This document shows positions 16,378 to 25,398 of a DNA stretch of 32,000 nt, one piece after another. Made by a program: the position numbers and the translations under genes. The stretch is from Dubosiella newyorkensis (lineage in GTDB: Bacteria > Bacillota_I > Bacilli_A > Erysipelotrichales > Erysipelotrichaceae). The DNA is taken from assembly GCF_001945605.1 (NCBI RefSeq), contig NZ_MPKA01000034.1:6759-38758 (forward strand). The letters run 5' to 3'. The first letter of the stretch is position 1, and every line of letters starts with the position of its first letter. The notes below the pieces were generated by a model, which was not told where the DNA came from, ran no database searches, and saw nothing but the letters and a program-made list of their open reading frames with translations.

Positions 16378-17079
16378 CTATATTGGCATGAGCCAAACTT
16401 GTTCGGCTTCCGTTTGGGAAAGATACCCATTTTCGACCATCGCCTCCAGAACGAGACGCTGTCTATTTTTTGCTTTATCAAAATGGGTGACTAGATCATA
16501 ATTGGCGGGCGATTGAGGGATCCCGGCTAAAATCGCGCATTGCCCTTCATTCATCTGTTGTGGATATAATCCAAAATATCCACTCGACGCTTCATAGATC
16601 CCAGTGTACCCATTTCCGTAATTGATAATATTGACATAGAGGGCAAAGATCTCTTCTTTGCTGCAAGTGTTTTCTAGATCGTTGGCTAGAAAGATTTCCG
16701 CGACCTTTCTTTGAAGAGAAAAATCGAATAATCCATACATGTTTTTTACAGTTTGTTGACTGATCGTGCTTCCTCCGCTCTCTAGCATCCCTGGAACGAA
16801 TTGGGAAGCCACTGCTCGAACGATCCCGATATAGTCAACGCCATGATGATAGAAAAACCTTCGATCCTCGATCGCGACTGTCGCGTCCACGAGAGTTTTG
16901 GGAAGCTGTTCATACGGAATAAAATCAGGGGACGCTTCGATCGTTTCGACGATTTGTGCCACGTTTTTATTCGATGTCAGATCTTTGTATTGCTTGTAGC
17001 CTGAATAGCCAAAAAAAGCACCAGCGCAAAGAAAAAACAAAAGAACACATTTTACGATGAATTTTATGAATCTTTTCAT
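16378..17079 (-). CDS. Monofunctional peptidoglycan glycosyltransferase (GT51)
   Basis: N-terminal TM, GT51 motifs EDRRFFYHHGVD and GGSTISQQTVKN, and no transpeptidase domain (233 aa). An AGGAGGAAA SD is present. Confidence 0.85.
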   Translation of the reverse strand: MKRFIKFIVKCVLLFFLCAGAFFGYSGYKQYKDLTSNKNVAQIVETIEASPDFIPYEQLPKTLVDATVAIEDRRFFYHHGVDYIGIVRAVASQFVPGMLESGGSTISQQTVKNMYGLFDFSLQRKVAEIFLANDLENTCSKEEIFALYVNIINYGNGYTGIYEASSGYFGLYPQQMNEGQCAILAGIPQSPANYDLVTHFDKAKNRQRLVLEAMVENGYLSQTEAEQVWLMPI

Positions 17080-17145
17080 ACTTTCCTCCTGGCACTTTCA
17101 CAATAGCATGAATCATGATTTCTTTCCTTTCATTCCCGTAATCTA

Positions 17146-18321
17146 CTAGACGAGCTTTGCTTCGAAAAGAAAGCGGATTTGGTCGTTGTCACAGTGTACT
17201 CGCAAATTCAAATCGTTTCGTCTGCTGATCTCTTTTGCGATCGCTAGACCTAAACCATAGCTTTCAGAATTCGTGCGCGAAGAATCTACTTTATAAAACC
17301 GTTCAAAGATCTTTTCTTGTTCCTCTTTAGACAGAGTTCCAGGATTTGCGATCGAAAAAAGCGCGTTTGAATCCGCTTTTTGCACATTGAATTCGATCCT
17401 TCCCTCTTTAGGTGTATATTTTTGAGCGTTGTCCATTAAGATCAAGACTAGATCTTCTAGATCATGCTGATTGGCTTTGATAAAGAGATGGTCTTGGATC
17501 TTCGCTTCAAGTTCGATCCCTTGCTCATACAAACCTTCTTCTTTTTCTAAAATGATTTTTTGACATAATGAAGAAAAATCAAATCGTTCTTTCTCTTCTT
17601 TCGGATTGGATTCCAATCGAGCGAGCTCTAGCAAGCGAAAGATCAAGCGTTGCATTCGATTGGTTTCTTCATAGAGCGATAAGAAGATTTCATTGTTTGG
17701 TTCTTGTTCTAGTAGAGATTGCGTATCCGCTTTTAAGATCGTTAATGGCGTTTTGAGTTCATGAGACGCGTCGGATACAAATTGTTTTTGTTTTTCCCAC
17801 GCGATCCAAACGGGTTTCAAGATCCAGCGGCTCGCGAACCATGAAGCGGTCCCAAATAACAATAAAATAAAAATAAAAGATTGAACGCATTGAAAGATGA
17901 GTGTATGGAGCTGTTCGCTCAGCATTTCCGTTTCGACAAAGCCTGTGATATATCCACGTCTTGTTTCGTGCTTCTCATAGATGAGATCATCTTTTTTTTC
18001 TCGTTGATCGATTTTGGCTTGTTCTGCTAGCTCGATCAATTGGACTTTATCGATCAAAACGTTGCGTTCATCACCAAACAAGGTGTAGCTTTCATCCCAA
18101 GCATCATAAATTAACGTATATGTTGGTACGCCCGGTGATTTATGATTTCTTAAAGGGGTAAGCTCCAAGGCCCATTCTAAACTTTGTTCGATTTCTTGTT
18201 CATTGGATCGATAGGAAGCAAAGCAGATCGAGAAAAAAATCGCGAGCATGAGAAGAGCTACAAAACCGAGTGTAAATCCAAAAAGCTTCCACCGCAATGT
18301 TTTGATGACGTTATTGTTCAA
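17146..18321 (-). CDS. Sensor histidine kinase (HisKA + HATPase_c)
   Basis: Two TMs, H-box FVSDASHELKTPLT, N-box LILMDNAQKYT, G-box SESYGLGLAIAKE. It overlaps the response-regulator gene by 11 nt. Confidence 0.9.
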   Translation of the reverse strand: MNNNVIKTLRWKLFGFTLGFVALLMLAIFFSICFASYRSNEQEIEQSLEWALELTPLRNHKSPGVPTYTLIYDAWDESYTLFGDERNVLIDKVQLIELAEQAKIDQREKKDDLIYEKHETRRGYITGFVETEMLSEQLHTLIFQCVQSFIFILLLFGTASWFASRWILKPVWIAWEKQKQFVSDASHELKTPLTILKADTQSLLEQEPNNEIFLSLYEETNRMQRLIFRLLELARLESNPKEEKERFDFSSLCQKIILEKEEGLYEQGIELEAKIQDHLFIKANQHDLEDLVLILMDNAQKYTPKEGRIEFNVQKADSNALFSIANPGTLSKEEQEKIFERFYKVDSSRTNSESYGLGLAIAKEISRRNDLNLRVHCDNDQIRFLFEAKLV

Positions 18322-18979
18322 GGCGATACCCTCGCTTGCGAAGTGTCTGGATCTTGACGTTCGAGTCTAAAAACGCGAGTTTTTTTCGAAGAAATGATAT
18401 ATACACTTCGACATTATTATCAAGGGCTTCGCTGTCCATTCCCCAAACAAAATGGAGCAGATCCTCTTTTGAGAAGATGCGTAAGGGCTCTTTAAGAAAG
18501 CGTTTCATGATTTCAAATTCTTTATACCCTAAATGAACGTTTTTTTCCTTGGTTTTCAGATTTCCGTTTTGTAGATCTAAGCTTAAATCTCCATAGCATA
18601 ATTCTTGGAGCACGACTTCCCCTTTTCTTCGAGTCAAAACTTTGATGCGGGCAAGTAGCTCGGCTGGAGCGAATGGTTTGGTCATATAATCATCCGCGCC
18701 TAGATCTAAGCCTTTAACTTTATCTTCAACTTCATCTTTGGCCGAAAGCATCAAAACAGGGGTCTCATCTTTTCTTTGCCGGATTTCTTGAAGCACTTCA
18801 TAGCCGGACCGTTTTGGGAGCATCAAATCAAGGATCACGAGATCAAATCGGCTTAATTCTAAATAGTCGAGCGCTTCTTGTCCATCATAGACGATCGTAG
18901 TCTGATAGGAGTGCTTTTTAAGGATCCTTGATATCGAGGCCGCTAAATTTTTTTCGTCTTCAACGATCAAGATCTGCAT
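18311..18979 (-). CDS. OmpR-family response regulator
   Basis: The track ORF extends to 19054. The conserved receiver domain starts at MQILIVEDEKNL (ATG 18979-18977). It has the phospho-acceptor context DLVILDLMLP and a winged-helix C-terminus ending RKRGYRLEQ. Confidence 0.88.
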   Translation of the reverse strand: MQILIVEDEKNLAASISRILKKHSYQTTIVYDGQEALDYLELSRFDLVILDLMLPKRSGYEVLQEIRQRKDETPVLMLSAKDEVEDKVKGLDLGADDYMTKPFAPAELLARIKVLTRRKGEVVLQELCYGDLSLDLQNGNLKTKEKNVHLGYKEFEIMKRFLKEPLRIFSKEDLLHFVWGMDSEALDNNVEVYISFLRKKLAFLDSNVKIQTLRKRGYRLEQ

Positions 18980-19523
18980 AATATTTTTGATATTCAGCAA
19001 TATAGGAAAGGATTTCTTCGATCGAATCCGAAATAAAATACATCCGCAAAACATCTTCCTTCATAAAACCATTCTCGACGCCTTCGATCAGCAGCGTGTT
19101 GAGAGGATCGAGGGAGTGGTCGATGTTATAAAGACAAATCGGCTTATCGAGCTGTTCGAGCTGCTTCAAAGTCAAGATCTCGAAAAACTCTTCGAAGGTT
19201 CCTATCCCTCCTGGCGTGACGATAAAACCGTCTGCCAATTGTTCCATTTTTTCTTTTCGCTCGCGCATCGTATTTGTATAAATAAATTCAGTGCAAGAGT
19301 CGGATAGCGCTTCCCATTTTTTGAAAAACGTAGGAGCGACTCCAATGCTTTTTCCATTCTTTTTATTAACGCCTTGAATAAAAGCGCCCATCATGCCTGT
19401 CGAACCGCCTCCAAAAACGAGTGTCCAGCCTTTTTCAGCTAGCGCTTCGCCTAATTGGACTCCTTTCTTGATATAGAGCGGCTTAATTTCATTGCTGCTT
19501 GCTCCGTAAATACAAACTTTCAT
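18960..19523 (-). CDS. LOG family protein (TIGR00730; nucleotide 5'-monophosphate nucleosidase, YvdD-like)
   Basis: 187 aa with GGGSTGMMG and the PGGIGTFEEFFE (PGGxGTxxE) motifs. An AAGGAGG SD lies inside the upstream gene, with an ATGA start/stop overlap. Confidence 0.85.
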   Translation of the reverse strand: MKVCIYGASSNEIKPLYIKKGVQLGEALAEKGWTLVFGGGSTGMMGAFIQGVNKKNGKSIGVAPTFFKKWEALSDSCTEFIYTNTMRERKEKMEQLADGFIVTPGGIGTFEEFFEILTLKQLEQLDKPICLYNIDHSLDPLNTLLIEGVENGFMKEDVLRMYFISDSIEEILSYIAEYQKYYADLDR

Positions 19524-20098
19524 AAATTATCCTCCTTATATGTCCATAGATTCCATAGATAAAGTGCGATGATGATCGCCCAAAATGAGCGACCAAACAA
19601 TACAAATGTCAAAAACAATTGAGTCCAAGCGATCTCGTTTCGAGCGCCTGAAAAAAAGTAGATAAACAAACCTCCGATAAGCAAGCTTCCGCAGCCGGCT
19701 AGAAAAGAATCAAGGATCAAAAACAAGGAAACGATCCATATCGTCTGTACAAGACAGATCAGCCCTTGGTCTTTGAAGCTTTTTATTTGAAATGGAGGAA
19801 TGTGAAAGGGCCAGATTGTTTGATAAACAATAGATATCCCTAGTCCATACGCTAGACAGATCGAAACTTCCATCGCTTCGGGTGCTATGCTTGCGATCAT
19901 CAAAAGCATTCCTATTCCAAACAAGGAATAGGAGCGCAAGACCTTTTCTCCGATCAACATTCCTGAACTACAATATAGAAGGATTTGTCTTAGGTCAGGA
20001 ACTTTGAGGAGATGAGGCGCGTGATTTACGAAAACGACAAAGCCCAAAATACAAAAAAGAAAAGAAAGAAACCACTGTCGGGTTCTTTGAGTTTGCAT
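19520..20098 (-). CDS. Hypothetical polytopic membrane protein (192 aa)
   Basis: Has ~6 hydrophobic spans and is the first gene of the operon. An AAGGGGA SD is present. No family recognised. Confidence 0.7.
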   Translation of the reverse strand: MQTQRTRQWFLSFLFCILGFVVFVNHAPHLLKVPDLRQILLYCSSGMLIGEKVLRSYSLFGIGMLLMIASIAPEAMEVSICLAYGLGISIVYQTIWPFHIPPFQIKSFKDQGLICLVQTIWIVSLFLILDSFLAGCGSLLIGGLFIYFFSGARNEIAWTQLFLTFVLFGRSFWAIIIALYLWNLWTYKEDNL

Positions 20099-20125
20099 AC
20101 CAATTTCCCCTTATTGAACGGAGTT

Positions 20126-20134
20126 ATTTTATCA
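20126..20134 (-). promoter_or_regulatory. Extended -10 element (TGATAAAAT) upstream of membrane protein-LOG-TCS operon
   Basis: Minus strand reads GTTCATGATAAAATAACTCCG. It lies just downstream of the lgt terminator. Confidence 0.35.
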
Positions 20135-20145
20135 TGAACTCAGAG

Positions 20146-20167
20146 AAAAAGAGGGTTTAATCCCTCT
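20146..20167 (-). terminator. Rho-independent terminator at the end of lgt
   Basis: Minus strand has AGAGGG-ATTAAA-CCCTCT followed by TTTTT. The lgt stop codon lies in the loop. Confidence 0.55.
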
Positions 20168-20921
20168 TTTCTCGCTTTTTTAATATAAACCATAAAATCA
20201 GCGCACTTGCGAACAAGAGCAACGAAATGATTTGCGATGTGGAAAAGCTTCCAATTTCCCCCCGAACAAGATCGCCTCGAAAATATTCGATGATAAATCG
20301 TCCTATACTATACGCAAACAAATACCATAGGCCAACTTCTCCATGGAACGTATTCTTTTTCTCTTTGACTAGCCAGATCAATACGAAGAAAAGCAAGAAG
20401 TCAAAAGCTGAAGAAATCAACTGCGTCGGAAATAAAGGGATTCCCGCTGGAGCGAGGGAGCCTTCTGGAAAGACAAGTCCAATCGGAAGATGGGTCTCTA
20501 CTCCATAACAGCATCCTGCAAAGAAACAGCCTAATCGGCCAAACCCTTGGGCTAAAGCGACGGAAGGGATGATCAAATCGACTTGTTCTAAAAAATTAAG
20601 ATGATACTTTTTACAATAAAGATAGCCTCCAAGCAATCCTCCAAGGATTCCTCCATATACGACCCAACCACTCACTAGATCGAACAAGATCGCTGGATCC
20701 TGCAAAACTTCTTGAAATCGTGTGATACAATAAAGCAGTTTGGCTCCGATAAACCCTGTGATCACGAAAAAGATCGCCATAGGTTCTAGATGAGATATGT
20801 CGATACCGAGTTTTTTTCCTCTTTTTTCGGTAACAAAGAATGCGGATATTATACCGATCACATAAAACAGTCCATATGTATGGGCCGTGAATGGTCCTAT
20901 CGTAAATAAATCATTATACAT
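20157..20921 (-). CDS. lgt: Prolipoprotein (phosphatidylglycerol) diacylglyceryl transferase
   Basis: Lgt features FTAHTYGLFYVIGI, GGILGG and GRLGCFFAGCCYG. The start is chosen at ATG 20921 (MYNDLF...), preceded by an AGAGGTG SD, rather than the track start at 20975. Confidence 0.9.
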   Translation of the reverse strand: MYNDLFTIGPFTAHTYGLFYVIGIISAFFVTEKRGKKLGIDISHLEPMAIFFVITGFIGAKLLYCITRFQEVLQDPAILFDLVSGWVVYGGILGGLLGGYLYCKKYHLNFLEQVDLIIPSVALAQGFGRLGCFFAGCCYGVETHLPIGLVFPEGSLAPAGIPLFPTQLISSAFDFLLFFVLIWLVKEKKNTFHGEVGLWYLFAYSIGRFIIEYFRGDLVRGEIGSFSTSQIISLLLFASALILWFILKKREKRD

Positions 20922-21029
20922 TGATTCACCTCTTTTCGATGATTCAAATTTTACAGAATTGAATTTATAAAGCAAGCAGTTTTTATTTCCTCTTCGATTT
21001 ACGTATCATTATTAGAAAGGGAGTCTATT

Positions 21030-21953
21030 ATGCATTCAAACAATCGATCGTCTATTTTATATGCTGGTATCTTTTTGTTTCTTTATTCGCTGTTCGCTTT
21101 GATCTTGATGCTTCGATCCTCGCTGTTTCCTGGTCTTACCATTTTACAAGTTTCTATCGTAGTCGTTTTAAGTGATTTTACGATCCTTCTTTTCGCCAAG
21201 AATCATAAGATCGCATGGATTTTTTATGGATTGATCCTGATCTTGATCAGTGTGTTCATTTCACGTCTTTACATTGTAGACCAAGAACTGAAAGTTTTGC
21301 AACCAAGTATAGCAAACCAATTTGAAATTCGTACGCTTTACGCAAAAACCCAAGATCCTGTATTAAATACGATTGGCTTTCTTAGCCAAGATGAGAAGGA
21401 ATTAGAGGAACGTTCTGCTCTGTTTTCAAATATTGAACGTATTTCTTTCTCTTCAAAGAAAGAGTTATTCGATGCGCTTGATCAAAATAAGATCCAGGGT
21501 GTTGTGATCGATCCTTCTCAAAGCGAAAAAGGACTTGTTGCTTTGGAGAGCTTCGCCTATTCGATCCCTGAATTTGGGCCCGTGAAAAATGTGGACCTTC
21601 TCAAGAATATATCCACGATCTTGATCAAAGATAAAAATGGATTCAGCTTGTTGCAGATCGATCCGAGTCATCATTCACTTCTAGTGAGAAAGCACTTAAG
21701 CTCTTTTGATCAAAAGAGCTGTCAAAATAGCTTAGGCTCGATGCAGGCTTGCAGCGAAGAAGAACTTGCTCTTCCGATCAATTATGCGATCGATCTTAAG
21801 ATCGAAGAGCTTGATTTTTTCCAGTGGCAAAGGATCCCGTTATTTTGGAATCCTAATCTTGATCAGGAAAACGTATTAACGAATATGAGCGCTTCTTCTA
21901 TGAAAGATCTGTTTTTATTGCCGCTCGATACGTACTCTAATATCACACGGTAA
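21030..21953 (+). CDS. Hypothetical membrane protein (3 N-terminal TMs plus ~220-aa extracytoplasmic domain)
   Basis: 307-aa ORF with an AAAGGGAG SD. Its GATC density resembles the surrounding core genes. No family recognised. Confidence 0.7.
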   Translation: MHSNNRSSILYAGIFLFLYSLFALILMLRSSLFPGLTILQVSIVVVLSDFTILLFAKNHKIAWIFYGLILILISVFISRLYIVDQELKVLQPSIANQFEIRTLYAKTQDPVLNTIGFLSQDEKELEERSALFSNIERISFSSKKELFDALDQNKIQGVVIDPSQSEKGLVALESFAYSIPEFGPVKNVDLLKNISTILIKDKNGFSLLQIDPSHHSLLVRKHLSSFDQKSCQNSLGSMQACSEEELALPINYAIDLKIEELDFFQWQRIPLFWNPNLDQENVLTNMSASSMKDLFLLPLDTYSNITR

Positions 21954-22042
21954 ATGAATCGGCGCGAAATTCGACAATTTCATAGGAACGATCTCGATGG
22001 AAGCTTGCTGTTGTTTCATTTTTAAAATTTATTTCAACAAAG

Positions 22043-22067
22043 AAAGTGGATGTGAACCACTTTTTTT
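22043..22067 (+). terminator. Rho-independent terminator
   Basis: AAAGTGG-ATGTGAA-CCACTTT with a T7 run, ~90 nt downstream of the 21030-21953 gene. Confidence 0.6.
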
Positions 22068-22201
22068 ATATTCATAATTTGAAACAATGGATTTTAGGGA
22101 TGTTTTTCTTTTATCTATAAGTTAAAGAATACATTATTATAAGATTTTATAATTGGATGCAACAGTTTAATGATATAATCGTGGAGAAGGATGGTGGTTT
22201 A

Positions 22202-23366
22202 ATGATCGATATTCCAAAAGATGAAAAAGTACAGGTTGGAAAAGCCATCGATTTTTTACGAAAGAAAGAGTTTAAGAAAAATCCTTCTTTTAAAATCGAA
22301 TGCTTTATCGAAACCATTTGTTCTAAAGCCACCTATGTCAAGCTTAGAAAAATCCCATTAAAGGAAAGTGAGATTTATGATTCTCTTTTAGCAAAATTGA
22401 ATCTTATTTATCCTTATGATCCTCGAGAGCAGACGAAGCTTTTTCATACTGAGAAACTCATGGAAGATGCATTCATCCATAGAGACCCCGACGAAAAAAA
22501 AGCTTCTAGATTCATTGATCAACTATTATTCTACTTCCCATTCGGTCTATGACCGGCTAAAGTATATTGCTTTTAAGGATTCCGCTATGTCTGTTCCTGA
22601 ATTACTGGCGATTTACGAAATTGTCCAATCGCCGATCAGAGAAGTGATCATGAACAGGATCATTGACGTTCTTGAAAGCATGCCTCCTTCTGCAATGTCT
22701 GACTATATTCAAAGCCGTCTTCATTTCCATACGATTCGCAATCAGATCGATTACCTGTTTCTGATTATTCGAAACAAGCATTATTATCAAGCTGTCGCTT
22801 TGTGCGAATCTTTATTACGTTCTGCTACTCTCCCGATCGATCGAGCAAAGATCCGGATTGCCAAACTAATTTTGCTTCACCAAATTGACCCTCGCCATTT
22901 TGATTTGGAAGCTCAAGCTCTTTCTAACGATCCTTCCTTCCCTTTGGTCAGAGAGGATTGGATCCATATTTGCGCTTTTCATGCCTACAATCAAAACGAT
23001 TATGATCGAGCCCAGCTGCTTTTTGAAGAAGAGATCAAAAACCAAAAAACTTTTTTTCCTGCTATTTTGTTTCTTGCCCATATGCATGATCCCAAAATAG
23101 AATTTAGTCAAGAAGTTTTTTGTCGTTACAACATCCAAGATTATCCAGTCGCATATCAACACTTATACACATATTTCAAAATGAAATTTTCGCACAGTTC
23201 TTTCTCTATCCTCGAAAGTTACTTATGGAACATTTGCCGAAAAGAAATCAAAGAGTTTTATCCAGAAAATATCATCATCCGATTGATTCACGATGAACTG
23301 GAATGGATCAGCGAAAATACAGGAAACAGGACAAAACTATATATGTTCCATCAACAGTTTGATTAA
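22202..23366 (+). pseudogene. RRNPP/Rgg-PlcR-like transcriptional regulator (XRE-type HTH plus TPR-like helical repeats), split by a frameshift at an A8 tract
   Basis: Track ORFs 22157-22552 (HTH-like VGKAIDFLRKKEF...ICSKATYVKLRK) and 22416-23366 (all-helical, repeat-like) overlap in different frames. They switch at A8 (22494-22501). Removing one A gives a continuous ...FIHRDPDEKKLLDSLINYYSTSHS... The start is either ATG 22157 or ATG 22202 (GGAGAAGG SD). Confidence 0.6.
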
Positions 23367-23472
23367 ACTTTTTTTATAAAATCATATAATTTATATGTTT
23401 TATTTTTTTCCGTTCAATTTTTTTCCTATTCATTTTTTTCTTTTAGAATCAAATTGTAAGGAGGAAAGAAAA

Positions 23473-23655
23473 ATGGAATTAGTTTTTATCGGCGATAGTT
23501 TAAAGACAAATATTGTTAATGTTGCTTGTCAGTATATATTTAGTAAGAAATGCCCCTTATTATATATAAAAAATCCAAACTATCGATGTAATAGAAAGAA
23601 AATGATTGATGATTTCAGTGAAATAGTGTTTGCGTTGTTTGATTCGGAGAATTAA
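23473..23655 (+). CDS. Small hypothetical protein/peptide (60 aa)
   Basis: A strong SD (AAGGAGG) lies 8 nt upstream of ATG 23473. The stop lies 2 nt before the ABC exporter ATG. Sequence: MELVFIGDSLKTNIVNVACQYIFSKKCPLLYIKNPNYRCNRKKMIDDFSEIVFALFDSEN. The track ORF start at 23395 lies in T-rich promoter-like DNA without an SD. Confidence 0.45.
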   Translation: MELVFIGDSLKTNIVNVACQYIFSKKCPLLYIKNPNYRCNRKKMIDDFSEIVFALFDSEN

Positions 23656-23657
23656 AC

Positions 23658-25253
23658 ATGAAAGTGCTTAATATTCGGAGAATACAAATATTCACCTTGT
23701 TTTTTTCTATTCTAGATTTGCTGTGTTTATACGGATTCATCCAGGCGATCCAGATCTTTATGGATCGTTTGATCGCAGGCCATCGAATTGACCAAAAAGA
23801 CCTACTAATTTTTTTAAGTTTACTGAGCGGAATGATACTTTGTGGTTTGTGCTCTCAATATGGATTTAATTTGCTACCCGTACTAGGCAAGAAAAAGCTG
23901 ATCATTCAATATGAAACTCAGCTTATGAAAGAGGATCATTCTTTCTTCGACCAGCACTCTACAGCCTTTCTAATGTCACTATTTCAAAATGAAATCAGTC
24001 TTCTAGGTCAACAAAAAGCGATATTTCCGGTCGTTTTTCTCTATCAAAGCATTGCGCTGACGGTTGGTACTGCTTTTTTGCTGATTAACGAATGGAGACT
24101 AGCCCTTGTCCTATTCGCCATTATTGGATTTTGTTTTGTGCTCACTCGTATATTGTCAAAAAAAATCGCAGACAATACCCAGAAAGTTTATAAAGAAAAG
24201 AACAATCTCTTTCAGGTTCTCCACGAAGATATCACAATGCATCGGCTAATCCGTTTTTTAAATAAAGAAGATTATTTCTCTTTGCGTTTTAGAAAGGTAC
24301 TAAATGATCGACTGATCCCGATTGAAAAGAAACAAGCAAATCTTTCTACACAGTATATCACGATCTATTCTGTCCTTTCTCGAGCTCTTCCTCTTTTAGG
24401 CGCTGGAATCGGATTGATCTTCATGTCGTTAGAGGGGATGGAGCCCGGAAAAATTCTTTCCACTTACGCGCTGATTTCTTTGATTCAGGAACCGATCATG
24501 CAGCTGGCAGAAACAAGGACCCAAAAAAATACGATCAATACTCTTCAAGAAGCGATCAAACAAGTTTTTATACAACATCAAAAAGACAGGAGAGTTGTTG
24601 ATTCGTTCGGATCTATCCAAAAAACCGATATCCAGATCGAACAGTTTCAATATCCTGATTCTTCAGTGATTCTGACTGGTCTTTGTTTTTCGATCCTGCG
24701 TGGTCAACATACAAAAATTGCCGGACCTAGCGGGGTAGGAAAAAGTACATTGATGGAGTTGTTGATGGGAGTCCAAGGTGGAAGAAATACCCATATCTTG
24801 TTCAATGAAACAGAAAACTCAATGTTTTCCCGAAAATGGTATTCACAACACATTTTGATGGTTGACCAAAAACCGAAGATTTTCAAAATGTCTATTCTTG
24901 AAAATATCACATTGGGAGATACGTTTTCCAAAATCGATCTTGATGAGATCTTGTATACTTGTATCCTTCAGAACATTATTGATGAACATCAAGATCAGAT
25001 TGTCGATGATGAAAATGGATTAAGTCTTGGGCAGGCTCAACGAGTATCGATCGCCCGAATGCTTATTCGTAAGCCTGATGTTCTGATACTTGACGAACCG
25101 GTAAGCGCCCTCGATGAAGTCACGACATCTTTGATGATTGATCGTCTCAAACAATTTATTGAACGTTATCATATCACTTTGATCATCTCATCCCATAATC
25201 CAGCTATAAACACTCTATGTCTACAAACGATCGACTTGAAGAAAAACAACTGA
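23658..25253 (+). CDS. ABC exporter, fused permease plus ATPase half-transporter (ABCB/type I exporter fold), no peptidase domain
   Basis: 531 aa. The N-terminal ~300 aa have ~6 TMs. Walker A GPSGVGKST, signature LSLGQAQR, Walker B VLILDEPVSALD, H-loop SSHN. Confidence 0.85.
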   Translation: MKVLNIRRIQIFTLFFSILDLLCLYGFIQAIQIFMDRLIAGHRIDQKDLLIFLSLLSGMILCGLCSQYGFNLLPVLGKKKLIIQYETQLMKEDHSFFDQHSTAFLMSLFQNEISLLGQQKAIFPVVFLYQSIALTVGTAFLLINEWRLALVLFAIIGFCFVLTRILSKKIADNTQKVYKEKNNLFQVLHEDITMHRLIRFLNKEDYFSLRFRKVLNDRLIPIEKKQANLSTQYITIYSVLSRALPLLGAGIGLIFMSLEGMEPGKILSTYALISLIQEPIMQLAETRTQKNTINTLQEAIKQVFIQHQKDRRVVDSFGSIQKTDIQIEQFQYPDSSVILTGLCFSILRGQHTKIAGPSGVGKSTLMELLMGVQGGRNTHILFNETENSMFSRKWYSQHILMVDQKPKIFKMSILENITLGDTFSKIDLDEILYTCILQNIIDEHQDQIVDDENGLSLGQAQRVSIARMLIRKPDVLILDEPVSALDEVTTSLMIDRLKQFIERYHITLIISSHNPAINTLCLQTIDLKKNN

Positions 25254-25274
25254 TAGCGAACTATGCCTATACTA

Positions 25275-25298
25275 AGCAGAGAATTTCTCTGCTTTTTT
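25275..25298 (+). terminator. Rho-independent terminator after ABC exporter
   Basis: AGCAGAGA-ATT-TCTCTGCT followed by TTTTT. Confidence 0.65.
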
Positions 25299-25374
25299 AA
25301 ATAATATCTGCGCATGATCGCTTAAAAATATGATTATCTTAGGTATCTATAGATTAGACCTTAAAACTCGAAAC

Positions 25375-25398
25375 AAAAAAAGAAGTGTTTCCACTTCT
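25375..25398 (-). terminator. Rho-independent terminator after yneF-like gene (end of parE-parC operon)
   Basis: Minus strand has AGAAGTG-GAAA-CACTTCT followed by TTTTTTT. Confidence 0.7.

Noticed and set aside
16024-16494. 156-aa plus-strand ORF antisense to the gamma-CA-like gene
   Set aside because: It is an antisense shadow of a hexapeptide-repeat gene. Repeat genes commonly keep antisense frames open.
21955-22126. Mini-ORFs upstream of the regulator as candidate cognate pheromones: MNRREIRQFHRNDLDGSLLLFHF (from 21955) and MDFRDVFLLSIS (from ~22088)
   Set aside because: Neither has an SD. One lies upstream of and one downstream of the 22043-22067 terminator, and their lengths and compositions are not convincing. 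They cannot be distinguished from chance ORFs in AT-rich DNA without conservation data.
23395-23472. N-terminal extension of the small ORF (MFYFFPFNFFPIHFFLLESNCKEERK...), which superficially looks like a hydrophobic SHP-type pheromone
   Set aside because: The Phe richness is simply translation of the T-rich promoter-like spacer. There is no SD before ATG 23395, whereas a consensus SD precedes the in-frame ATG at 23473.
22080-25350. Short shared motif TATCTATA(A)G near both ends of the putative insertion (about 22113 and 25338) as possible target-site or attachment repeats
   Set aside because: It is only an 8-9 nt AT-rich match, which is expected by chance in AT-rich intergenic DNA. No integrase or transposase is present.
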